Positions 53,130-64,000 of a stretch of 64,000 nt of DNA are shown piece by piece. This DNA comes from Chiloscyllium plagiosum (lineage: Eukaryota). The translations under genes were made by a program, and so were the position numbers. Below the pieces are notes generated by a model. It was not told the DNA's origin and did not search any database. It saw only the letters and a program-made list of their open reading frames with translations. Location: positions 45,486,717-45,550,716 of the forward strand of contig NC_057718.1 of assembly GCF_004010195.1 (NCBI RefSeq). The letters run 5' to 3'. Numbering within the stretch: position 1 is the first letter of the stretch; the number at the start of each line of letters is the position of its first letter.

Positions 53130-53331
53130 AGTCAAAACATGCGGCACTGGAAAAGAACAGCTGGTTAGGCAGCATCCGAGGAGCAGGAGAGCCAACTTTT
53201 CAATTTCATGAAGAAGAGCTTATGCTCAAAACGTCGACTCTCCTATTCCTCGGATGCTGCCTGACCAGCTATGCTTTTCCAGGGCCACACTTTTTGACTC
53301 ATTTCCAGCATCTGCAGTCCTCACTTTTTCC
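53130..53331. mobile_element. Penelope-derived hairpin element inserted in the LTR element gag
   Basis: ctggaaaagaacagctggttaggcagcatccgaggagcaggagag is inverted as ctctcctattcctcggatgctgcctgaccagctatgcttttccag; ends ccagcatctgcagtcctcacttt. Confidence 0.85.
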
Positions 53332-53677
53332 TGTTTAAGGTGAGAATTTCTTAAGTGCAAACTCCCTGTCTTCCTTTCCTCTATTTCTCTCTTCTGCTTT
53401 TAATTGTAATTCCTCGTCACTTGGTTCTAAATGAAGCTGCTTCATTTTCAACTGAATTTTAGCCATTAAGATTCCCATGGCATTTCCATCAAATTGAAAT
53501 GCTGAGCTATTGCTGTAATTCTCTCCTTTCCTCACAGAAGGATGCAGCTCCAGCTTGTTTGCCAATTCCAGCAGCTTGGCCTTAACCACCTTTTATAAAA
53601 CCCCCAAAATCATGTCTTCCACCCCCACAAAAAACTCTTGGTGACTGAGAGCCATTGCTATCCAAAGCACTGTTTAA

Positions 53678-53880
53678 GGAGAAAGTGAGGACTGCAGATG
53701 CTGGAGATCAGAGCTGAAAATGTGTTGCTGGAAAAGCGCAGGTCAGGCAGCATCCAGGGAACAGGAGAATCGACGTTTTGGGCATAAGCCCTTCTTCGGG
53801 CTTATGCCTGAAACGTCGATTCTCCTGTTCCCTGGATGCTGCCTGACCTGCTGCGCTTTTCCAGCAACACATTTTCAGCT
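53678..53880. mobile_element. Young Penelope-derived hairpin element with 13-bp TSD
   Basis: Arms 53712-53791 and 53798-53880 are near-perfect inverted repeats; TSD aagcactgtttaa at 53665-53677 and 53881-53893. Confidence 0.93.
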
Positions 53881-55234
53881 AAGCACTGTTTAAACCAACC
53901 AAACTCAACATCTGGAAGAAAAGACACTCGCACCTGCCACTTGCCAGGTTCGAGTCCAACCACCTTAATCCAAAATCCAAACTATAAAGCAAACCCCACA
54001 AAAAGCCCCTGATCTTTTATGGGCCAGGCCATACTCCCCAATCTGAAAACCCAACATATTATACCAACTTAACGATGCTATTCCAAATGCTTGCAACAGT
54101 CCTCAAACACCCCTTGGCACAAAATGGTAAAAATCAAATCCAAGGTCTTAAGAGGAGAGACGTCAGAATGAGAGAGTGAGTGGGTGATAGGACGAGCCTG
54201 GATCTGCTTCTTTGAGGTCCAGCAGCTATTTTCCTCTTGCTATCACCAAGGAAGGTGGTGCACTACCAAACAAGAAATCCATTTTGTTTTGTAACTGTAT
54301 ATTACACAGTCTAATGCAGCTAATGACCTCCTTCATCCCCAGAAAACAAGAAATAAGAAATTCAATTCTGGTGTAAGATCTACTGGCAACACTGCTTGCC
54401 TTGTAGAGCTGCCATTAAGATCATGCACAATTCTGGCATAACATCAAGACAAGGTCTGAGATGCAGGTCCTCTGCCAAGTTAGCAAGGTAAATGGCAAGA
54501 GAATGATGAGACACTCACCATAAACATTAAAAGGCCCTCCTCTAGCAGATACAGAATAGGATACAAAAAGAAAAAGGAAACTTCTGTTTTACCAAAAAGG
54601 AGGCTGATGAGACAAAAGACTTCGCAACTTACCAGCCTTCCTCAATTGCTTCTGGACACTCAGGCTTGGCTTCAGCCAGAAAATTTTGAAATCTGAACCT
54701 GCTCAAAGATCAATCATGCCAAGCACAATTCAAGTTGGTGCCTAAGTATCTATGAATTTCAGACAAATCTTTGAAATTGAAAATGCTTAGATGACAGGGA
54801 TTCAATTACTGTCAATCTGCCATCACCTTTTGAGAAGAGTGATCCTGAAGTCCATATTGGTCATAATTTCCTGCACTTTCAAATCCAACAGCTGTTGCAA
54901 GTACTAGGTTTCTGGCTCTGACTGACTAGAAAATGTAGATCAAGAACTAATGGTGTGGACTAATACATCCCCTATTTTGCAGTAGGCCAAAAGTTAGGTC
55001 CACACAGCAGATAAACAGAAAACAAAAAACCCGTTTGGAATTCATCCGAAGCTCTCGGTTAATTCTATGGATATACACCTCAAAGTCTTGTTGGAATCTT
55101 CACAACTCTAACAGAATAATAAATATTATGTGGCAAATCACACTCTATTTATAATGTACATGCGACAATTCTGAAGTTACCTAGTCACATCCACAAACAA
55201 AAACACAAACAGTATTTCCAAATCTGATACAAGC

Positions 55235-55359
55235 CTTAGCAAAGAGTTCAATCAAGGCTGCCCGGTCAGGGAAGTCAAGGTGCTTGCTGTAGAAATGATG
55301 AAGGGCAGCAATGTCACTCTCAATCAGCTCTCTTTTCTCATTATCCAATTTATCAAGGT
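55235..55359 (-). CDS. SMYD2: SMYD2 coding exon (HLDKLDNEKRELIESDIAALHHFYSKHLDFPDRAALIELFAK)
   Basis: tttcag|ac ctt gat...gct aag|gcttgt; 125 nt; homology places the donor at GC rather than GT, so the 3' boundary is less certain. Confidence 0.9.
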
Positions 55360-56634
55360 CTGAAACAGAGAGAAATTTTAAAAACATTGAGAGAGACTGG
55401 AGTGAAACCCTAGTAGTTCTGAAATCTTTATATTGCTATTAAATCCATTGGATTGAGATATTAATCAACTCTGCAGAGCCATGCATTAAAATGATCAAAT
55501 ATGCAACATGGAAGTTGCACTGAACTAGGTGAAGAGATCTGACATTTTCTATGTGACCTCCAGTTTTAGTGATTTTGCTCATTACATGTACGCACGCCAT
55601 CATAATCAACTCTGGAGTCTTAGGTTTTTAAATGGTTCAAACAGTATTTCTGCTGGATTACTCTTTCTCATTCATTAAACGAATGAAAGGAGACATTCTG
55701 TAGGCACTAAAATTTTAAAAACATTTAGTAATACTCACCATCCTTTTCTCACTTCTAAAGTTTTAAAAATCAAATTTCTCAGACAAATTTAGTGATAAAC
55801 TTATTTTGTTGCCTCTTAAGGTATGCCTGCTCTAAAATGGGACCCAATCTTACACTATTAAAATTCAGCTGACTAAAGACTCTTCCACTAATCCCACGCT
55901 GTCTTGTTTGTCCAGCTCTACTGGTTTAAGATGTTCACATGCTTGTGAATGAAAATCACACAGCTGATCAGAAAAATTATAATTGCCATGCCACAACCTT
56001 CTTATCATCCAATAACAGCTGCCACCCTTTGAGTTATCAGTGGTCTGAAGTTTTCTCCAAACTCTTGACTAATCATCTTCCTTTCAGACCTACTTCTTTG
56101 TTAAGCATTTAGTCATCCCTCTATTACCTCATTTCACAAACTATTTTTGGTTGGTCACATTCCTGCTGAAACAATTTAGGACATTTTATGCAACCTATTT
56201 TTGATGCTGGTAACAAATAAAAGTGGCACATGCTATTTATCTGGTAAGATTGGTTAATAATACTTCAAATTCTTCAAACTGGGTCATTTCCTATGCACTT
56301 TGATTATATTTGGAGTGGCGACCAGGTATAATGGGCACACTGCCAACTGATAAGGATTGTGTACATAGAGATTAACAGGAAAATCCTTCTCAAACTCACT
56401 TCAAATGGCAGAATGAATATGGTAATGGATCAGATTATTAGGCAAATCAGATCCCCAGACTTAGATGGTTTTGTTTTTAAACAAGGCAGTCTTTTACTGA
56501 AACAATAACCCAAACCTGCAGCACTGAGAAAGTACACAAAAGTTTATTATAATATTTCTAAAGACTTCAAAACTCAATCTCATTAATCCCAACAGTATTC
56601 CATTACAGTACTCAAACACCACAGACACATCCCT

Positions 56635-56960
56635 GAAACACAAACAGAAATTGATGGAGAACCTCAACAGGTCTGGCAGCATCTATGAGAGAAAACAGAG
56701 ATAACATTCAAATCTGGTGACTCTTTAAAGAGAGAAAGCTTTCTGCCATTCCACTTAGGCTTGACTTGGTGTGGCTTCAATTCCTGGTCATGAGAATCTG
56801 GCAGTTAAGATAAATTAAGGATCAGGCAGAGCTTAAAACAGGTTAAGGGCTATGGGGAGAGTATGGGTAAGTGGAATTGAAACGGCCATCAGCCATGATT
56901 AAATGGCGGAGTGGACTCGATGGGCTGAATGGCCTTCCTTCGACTCCAAAATCTTATATT
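56635..56960. mobile_element. Half PLE terminus (~56635-56730) and a short CR1 3' tail (~56830-56960)
   Basis: acagaaattgatggagaacctcaacaggtctggcagcatct; ggactcgatgggctgaatggccttcctt. Confidence 0.6.
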
Positions 56961-57799
56961 CAGCTTCAAAAAACAACCTTCTGAGTTTTAACTAAACACT
57001 TCTGGTCTGGATGTTTTATGCAATTCCTTACCAAAGGTAATGTATTCCTAACAAGTGTAAGCTAAAGACATCTTCTTCCTCTGGTCTCAGAAACAAGAGC
57101 TGAAGCTGGCTATGTAAAACAAAAGAATTGTGCAGATCTGCAGGAACTGAAATTTTAAAAATCTTTAATTTCTTCCAAGCTCTGGGGTGTTTTCATCACT
57201 CCCCTCATCTCCGCTACAAAAATTCAGAATCTGAAAACCTACTACACTACACGGTTTTCTTTTGGAGAGTCTGAGCAAACGTATACAAATTCCAATTAGT
57301 CCCCAAAACTACCGGTCTCAAGCTATATTTTTCAAAAGACATTACCATGGATACAGAAGTTATGGAAGATGCTTCAGACACCAGAAATCCATATGTCTCT
57401 AGTTCAAATTGAAAAGTCCAGCACAAGGATAAATGATGTTAAAATCTAAATAAATCCCATCTACCCACAAAAGAATGAAAATCTTTAAGAGGCATTTTCC
57501 TTACTAACAAATCTTAACACTAATGCCATATCACATTAACAGGACTAACATTTTGACATTAAACATACTGAGTTACATAGTAACCATATTTTACACAAAT
57601 TCATTGCACCTACAAAACCATCCATCAAATGTGCTCACTAAAAATGTTTCTTTTATACAATATACAGCTAGGGAAGCAAGCTCCTTTATAATACTTCAGG
57701 ACAAGGGCCTGGGATTATTTCCAATTAAAAAAGTTAAAAGATTGTGGTCTATATAAATAACAGTTTATTCCCTGTTGACATATATTTAAAAATGATGTA

Positions 57800-60700
57800 C
57801 AGCCATCATAAGGCTCAATGTTGGTTTTTCAATGGTTCAACATTTTTATTGACAGGGAATGGGGTCAGTTTCTTGACCAACAGGTCATCCTGCAGTAAAA
57901 CAGCCTCCAGACCAATGTCACGGGCATCAACTTTGAATGGTCTCCCATAAATTAGGCAGAACTGTCAGCCCTACTTCCACATTTTCATACTTTGATACTC
58001 AAGTCCATTCAGATTTTCTTACATTTTTCAACAACTTTGTTCAAAAGGTGCAATGTCAGTGAAGAAGTTCAGAACAAATCTGCAATAAAAATTCACTCAT
58101 GCCAACTTTTCAGTTTATCCTAGCCTGCACTTTTACTTCTGTGTGCTACTTGGCTTTGTCCCACCATATGACCCAAGTAAGGTCACTTTGACTTTAGCAA
58201 ATTCATTATAATCAAATTGGCTGATCAAAACGGTGCAAGTGCTCTTCCCTGGTTTAGCAAAACTGCAACCAAATTGTCAATGTAAACAGTATTATTACCA
58301 AGTCTTTTGATCATTGATTAGCCATTGAAATGTGGCTGGTACATTTTTCATTCCAAACAAAAGGACTTTGCACTGATAACATTCATCCCACATTACAAGA
58401 ATTAAAGAAATATCAGCTTTATCAGTTAATGGAATTGACATCCTTTTAACAATGGATTTGTTTGACAAATGATGAATGTAAGATTTATTTAACACAGTCC
58501 ACCAGTCTAGGACTGGATGCAAATCGGCGTTCACTACCATGTTAATTACCACAAAGTTAACAGAATTGTTGTAACTCATCCAGTTTCAGCATTATTTGAC
58601 AGGTGACGTCCAGCTACTGTGACAGTTCAATGTCATTGTCCACAATTAACTTAGTTTCTTACCTCACTTGATCTACACTCCCTGGATGGAGTCTGTACAG
58701 GAACTGCTTTATAGGCAATATCACCCACATTAACATGATCAAAACAAAACTTTCCTGATCCGTTCCCACAAAGATTTATGGATCAGTAATAGCCTTCCTA
58801 AATCACTTCAAATGTCTTCAAGATAAAACATGTTATCTAACCTTTTAAGCATTAGTGTGTTTTTTCCAAGCTGATTGTTGGAGGATAATTTTTCAATTGC
58901 TGATTCATTCTCCAACTACTTTGATTTCTAGACTTCACCTTTTACTCCAATACCATTAAATTCATTTTTTTTTTGTTGTCTATTGGCCCTACCATATCTT
59001 TTCAATGTGTTACCCTGAAATGCTGGTTCTCACTCCTGTCTGAAATACTCACACAATTCACATTCTTAAGCTTTTTTTTGATTTGATAAAAGGTCCAGTG
59101 AATCTTGCTTTTGAAATGGCTCCAAACAGACTAAAATAGGACCAAAAACACATTTCCTGAAAGAAAATGTCAAACTTTAAACTTTTAAAATCTGCTCTAC
59201 TTTTCATTGTTTGTTTAGAATCCTTCAAATGCTTCCCTCCAACTCTCAGGCTTTTGTCAGTTTCTCTCAAACTGATGTTGAAAGTGTTGTTGATTTGGTT
59301 TACAATTCAAGTGGCCTCTCACTTAACATTCATTTATCTGTTCAAAACAAAAACTAAAACTAAATCTGGAGGACTCATTAACAGTGTCCCTAATGGCAAC
59401 AAACTAATTTCCTTATACTAATCGCTATGACAATCTTGGCTCTAATCAGTCTTCAAAGTTTGAAGACTCTTTCCAAAGCAAAGAGATTGTGGGTGAAAAG
59501 TGAAGATGTAAATGATTTTAGCCCCAAAGTAATAATCATTTCTTCCAACATAAAATTTGAGCCTCAGATTGATTATGTATATAAAAAAGACAATATCTTG
59601 TTTCAAAGAAAAAACAACTATTCCACTACCACATTTGTAGCAATGGTGACAATGCAGATTGATAGAGTGGTCAAGGTGGCATATGGCAATCGTTCCTTCA
59701 TCAGACAGGGTGTTGAGTGCAAGGGTTGGCAGGTCATGTTACAGTTGTATAAGACTTTGGGTCAGCCACATTTGGAATACTGCATAGTTCTTGTCACCAC
59801 ATTACCAAAAGGATGTGGATGCTTTGGAGAGGGTGCAGAGGAGGTTCACCAGAAATGTTGCCTGGTATAGAGGGCGCTAGCTATGAAGAGAGGTGGAGCA
59901 GATTAGGATTATTTTCATTAGAAAGACAGGTTGAAGGGGGACCTGATTGAGGTCTACAAAAATCATGACAGGTCTGGACAGGGTGGATAGCAAGAAGCTT
60001 TTGCCCCAGAACGGGGGAGTCAATTACTAGGGGTCACAAGTTCAAGTGAGAGGGAGATACGCATGGAGAGTTCTTTATGCAGAGGGTGGCGAGTGGCTGG
60101 AACGCATTGCCAACACTGGTGGTAGAGACAGGCACGATAGCATCATTTAAGATGCATCTAGACAGATACTTGAATGGGCAGGTAGCAGAGGGATACAGAT
60201 CCTTAGAAATTAAGCAATAGATTTAGATAGAGTGCAGGCTTGGAGGTCCAAACGGCCGGTTCCTCTGCTGTAATTTTCTTTGTTCTAATTATCCTGAAAG
60301 TCATGCTTCAGGAATGTATACATCCATAAAATTGTACAAAAATACAATGACTCCCATTCCTGGTTTTAGGTACTGTCTCAGATCACTATCTTAAGCCTTT
60401 TCTAAACAGTTCTCCAAAAGTTTTGGTACCCTGTATTAGAGTTTAAAGTTGTAGGGTTAAGGGAAAGTTGGGAATTCTCCACTACCGACCACAAATGGCA
60501 TGTCAAGGCAAGAGTAATTACACCTCTAAGTAATTAAAGCTAATAAAAATGTTTTAGCATTTTACCGTTATCCCAACATCTAAATGACCTCGCAAAGGAA
60601 TTTTGAGTCCTTTGTAAAACTTTGATATTCCAAAGGGACAGCTACCTGACAGACCACACTCCATTCCTCAAATTGATATTTGAGCTGGTCTCCATAGCTT
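57800..60700 (-). mobile_element. Second, older gypsy-class internal region (integrase zinc finger ~60450-60660, RT/RNase H ~58800-57870), split by a CR1
   Basis: ORF 58295-58579 YQCKVLLFGMKNVPATFQWLIN (gypsy RT 'MPFGxKNAPATFQR'); RNase H-like PFKVDARDIGLEAVL at ~57945-57897; remnants GHL..., KMLKHFY and TCHL near 60500-60590. Confidence 0.65.
59645..60286 (+). mobile_element. CR1 LINE 3' fragment
   Basis: MQIDRVVKVAYG...MLQLYKTLGQPHLEYC; CR1 3' UTR. Confidence 0.88.
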
Positions 60701-61119
60701 CATTAAGTACTTTGTCTTTCAACTAATAAGACGTATTGTTTCAGATGCGATTGGAGTAGGCTGGTATAACACTTTCAATTCAAAATCCATTTGATGTACT
60801 TATCCTAAAAAGGTGGCTAAACACAAGAGCTTCATTCTGTTGAACTTCATCCTTAACAGTTAGATTTTCAATAACTCAGATAACCAGATCTCCACATCTC
60901 CCTGGTTCATACTCCTTTTCTTCCTGTCTAACTTCGTAGGACTGAAATCTAGTCAGTCAGGAAACAATCCAGGCTGTAGCTTTTGTAACATCCTCGTTTC
61001 AGAAAAGGTCTTCTGCTGTCCAACTAAGCCTCTACAATCTAAAACACTTTAATATGTTCACACAAGACAGAGATCCCACTTTGGCTAATCCAAATGCTTT
61101 TAAAACAGTATAATAGCAA

Positions 61120-61585
61120 ATTAGGGATGCGATAGCAGTAGAGTGTTGGCAGAGGAGATTTACCAGGATGGATTCAGTTATGAAGAGGGATGGAATTGAT
61201 TGGGGTTGCTTTCCGTCAAGCCGAGAGTGATGATAAAAGTTATGTGAGGCATGGATGGGGTAGACAGGAAGGAACCTTTCCCCTTGGAGCAGGGAAAGGT
61301 AAGTGACCAGAGACAGAGGTTTACAGCAAGGTGCAGGAGGTTTAGAGGGGGCTATGACGAAGCTATTATTCACTCAGAAGGTGGTGGGAGTCTTAATCTC
61401 ATTGCCAGTAAGGGTGATAAAGGCAGAAATCCTCACTGAGAAAAGGATTAAAAATGTGCACTTGTGAACTCATGCATACAAGACTATGGGCCAAGTACTG
61501 GCAAATAGGATTAGAATAGTTAAAATGATTATTTTTGACCAGCGCAGACTCAATGGGCCTTTTCCTGCGTTGTTAACCATTATGA
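61120..61585 (+). mobile_element. Old CR1 LINE 3' fragment
   Basis: MDGVDRKEPFPL...QRFTARCRRFRG-like decayed C-terminus; cagactcaatgggcc tail. Confidence 0.7.
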
Positions 61586-61977
61586 CATTCCATAATCAGT
61601 CATCACTGACTCTGAGCACTCCATAGGAAGTATTGCAGGAGCATGTGCAGTCGTCGTAATTTCAGATAGGAGGTGCATGGAGGTCCAAGCAGACTTGGAA
61701 AAAAAAAGGGGACGTGTTAAAAACCTGGAAAGACAATTCAAGTTCATTTTTTTTGGGATTAGGAGGTAGACTTCAAGAACTTATTTCTCCACGACAAAAT
61801 CCGTCTCAAAAACCGATCGCTGTTCAGAGCAAAGTCCAGACCCTGAAATCTGAAATTTTAGAATCATACTTTTCTCTTACCTGATGCAGGAATCAGGTCA
61901 ATCTTTTATAAAGGGTAAATATAGAGAAACTCTGATATATTTATACAAATTCTATGAACGCAACGTACTAATAGCCT

Positions 61978-62070
61978 CTGAAACGCTTTTGCCTGAAATG
62001 TCGATTTGCCTGCTCCTCAGATGATGCCTGACATGCTGTGCTTTTCCAGCACCACTCTAATCTAAACTCT
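61978..62070 (+). mobile_element. Single PLE terminus fragment
   Basis: gcttttgcctgaaatgtcgatttgcctgctcctcagatgatgcctgacatgctgtgcttttccagcaccact closely resembles 15095-15166. Confidence 0.8.
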
Positions 62071-62168
62071 AGATCTGTTTAACTTTGAACTTAAAAACTG
62101 TCCTCTTTTGGAAAGTTGCAGTTTGTGAAACTAAAACTGAATTATTGTATTCTGTAATGAATACTTAC

Positions 62169-62229
62169 GTGATTCAAATTCACTAACAGCTAGTAATTCC
62201 TCTGAAGGAGTTTTGTCTGGGTGCATTTT
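62169..62229 (-). CDS. SMYD2: SMYD2 coding exon (KMHPDKTPSEELLAVSEFES); upstream exons are outside the window
   Basis: gtgtag|aaa atg cac...gaa tca c|gtaagt; 61 nt; matches human KIHPERTPSEKLLAVKEFESH. Confidence 0.93.
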
Positions 62230-63044
62230 CTACACAAGGAAATAGAAACAGAATTTAGAAGCATATTAACTGCAGCAAGGTTTGAATATGTCAACAGAGA
62301 AAACCAATCATCTGACATTAACTCATTCAGCAATTAGTATTAATCATTATATAAAAAGACTAGAGTAGAAGATGCTATATATGTATTGGGTGGGGGAGGG
62401 GGGTTTAAGTTATACAGCAGGAATATTTATAAGAAGATCAGGCAGAGATTAGTCATAGTCACCAGTGCCCTCTGGATTAAGAAAAAAAAGTGTTAAAATT
62501 AACCTGTTTCCTGAATTGAAGGCTTTTTTCTATGCAGTGAGCACACATCCATCACATTGAGCAACAAATCACAGGTAACACCATTCACTTAGCTTTGCTG
62601 CAAATCTTTGAAATTCTGATATGACATACATCCAAGAGGTTTGTCCATTCGAAAAGAATCACTATACAATGGGGGAAAAAACCTCATTAAGTTGCTCGCT
62701 GTTGCTGCCTCAGTCTCCACTATGTCACCCAGCTGCTTGCAGCTTAACTTGAACTCCGTACACTTTACCTTTATGGATTTTTGAATTTTAAAGATCAGCA
62801 AAAACTTCAGAATATACCCGCAAAGTTCCAACTTCACATCAAAAGGAATAGCGAACAGGGCCAGAGGGGAGTTAACTGGAAATCAAAAACTGAAACTTAT
62901 GATCCTAAAAGGGACATTACAGACAAGTTAATTTGCACTTAAAACATTACTTCTATCCTCTCTCCATATATACCACCAGAACAGAGTTTCACTAGCATTT
63001 AAATTTTCAGCATCTACAGTATTTTGATTTTAAAAAGCAGATGA

Positions 63045-63985
63045 TAAATAGATGTTTACCCCTGTAGGAAAAGATTAAAGCTAAAAAAGAATACACCATT
63101 TAAAGATAATGGGGTCTTCCACTTTAAGATAGGAATGAAGAAAAAAGTTCTCTCAGTGTCAAGAGTTGGTGGATTTCTCTTCCCAAGAGACCAGTGGAGG
63201 TAAAGTCATTGAATATTTTTGAAGGCAGAGTTAGATACAACCTTCACTGACAAAGAGGTCAAAGGACACAGGGACTGACAGGAAAGCAGAGACCTAAATC
63301 AGATCACAATCTTATGAATGGCAGGGCAAACCGAAGGAGATGACTGGCCTACTCCTAATAGAAATGTTAGTCAGCACATATCCTTTAGACAACCAAAACA
63401 TTACAATAACCTTACGGAATGTCTAAAATCACAGATCCAATCAAGCACATCAGTTGGGCTATTTTTGGAATTGTGTAAACAACACTGATCTCCCTCCTAT
63501 AGGAAGGATGTTATGAAGCTCGAAAGGGTTCAGAAAAGATTTACAATGATTTTCCCAGGGTTGGAGGATTTCAGCGACAGCGAGACTGAATAGACTTGGG
63601 CTATTTTTCCTGAAGCATCGGAGGTGGAGGGGTGACCTTAGAGGTTTATAAAATCATGAGCACCATGGATACAGTGAATAGACAAGGTCTTTTCCCTGGG
63701 ATGGGGGAGTCCAGAATTAGAGGGCATACTTTAGGGTAAGCGGGGGGCAATTCAAAAGCAAATTAAAGGATGGTGCATGGAATGAGTTGCCAGAGGAAGT
63801 GGTGACGGCTGATACAATTACAACATTTAAAAAAGGCATCTAGATGGATATATGAATAGGAAAGGTTTAGAGGGATATGGGCTAAGTACTGGCAAATAGG
63901 ACTAGGTTAAATTTAGGATATCTGGTAGGCATAGACAAGTTGGACCAAAAAGGTTCTGTTTGTGTTATACATCTCTTGGACTCTA
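63045..63985 (+). mobile_element. Two adjacent CR1 LINE 3' fragments (~63045-63360 older, ~63490-63985 younger)
   Basis: ataggaaggatgttatgaagctcgaaagggttcagaaaagatttaca...ggggtgaccttagaggtttataaaatcatgag, homologous to 39612-40032. Confidence 0.82.
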
Positions 63986-64000
63986 ACACTTAGTTTTAGA

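Larger units (their letters stand above)
47904..54240 (-). mobile_element. Decayed gypsy-class LTR retrotransposon with Gmr1-like order (gag-protease-integrase-[RT mostly deleted]-RNase H)
   Basis: 3' LTR 48281-47904 (TGTGACA...CATAACA) preceded by PPT AAGGGGGGAA; partial 5' LTR ~54240-54014 shares ttatgg(a/g)ccaggcca and aggagagacgtcaga...gatctgcttct; gag IRALPKFEKDVEAFF (~53000); protease-like FRDTRSSQS (~52110); integrase zinc finger WPGLHKDVVKFCQICHTCQV (~50650-50710); RNase H PFKVAIDASDLG...YTDHNPLKF (~48780-48545). Confidence 0.85.

Noticed and set aside
53712..53880. Hairpins as pre-miRNAs or DNA-transposon MITEs
   Set aside because: Same termini as RT-containing Penelope copies, long TSD and asymmetric arms; no small-RNA evidence is available
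59427..59870. 147-aa ORF
   Set aside because: Chance fusion of flanking sequence with a CR1 ORF2 fragment

Overview
Vertebrate genomic DNA. The HE1-type V-SINEs with (AATCT)n tails, CR1 LINEs and Penelope-like elements point to a cartilaginous fish, probably a shark (inference). Two genes converge tail to tail, the arrangement known for human chr1q. On + are the last five coding exons of PTPN14 (900-15936; whole PTP domain, ending ...NSRLI*), probably followed by a ~7 kb 3' UTR. On - are nine coding exons of SMYD2 (62229 to 26498), equivalent to human exons 4-12; the 5' exons lie beyond the window. Two SMYD2 introns are non-canonical: a U12-type AT-AC intron (33195-36319) and an apparent GC-AG intron with a weak donor (44580-55234). 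Introns hold SINEs, CR1 fragments, two decayed Gmr1-like gypsy LTR elements (integrase upstream of RT/RNase H) and a Tc1/pogo-type MITE. They also hold many Penelope-derived inverted-repeat or hairpin insertions whose termini carry minimal hammerhead ribozyme cores (CUGANGA-stem-GAAA-N-NUH), the most intriguing non-coding system here. There is a 730-nt assembly gap at 13491-14220. I see no evidence for a wholly new protein-coding system.
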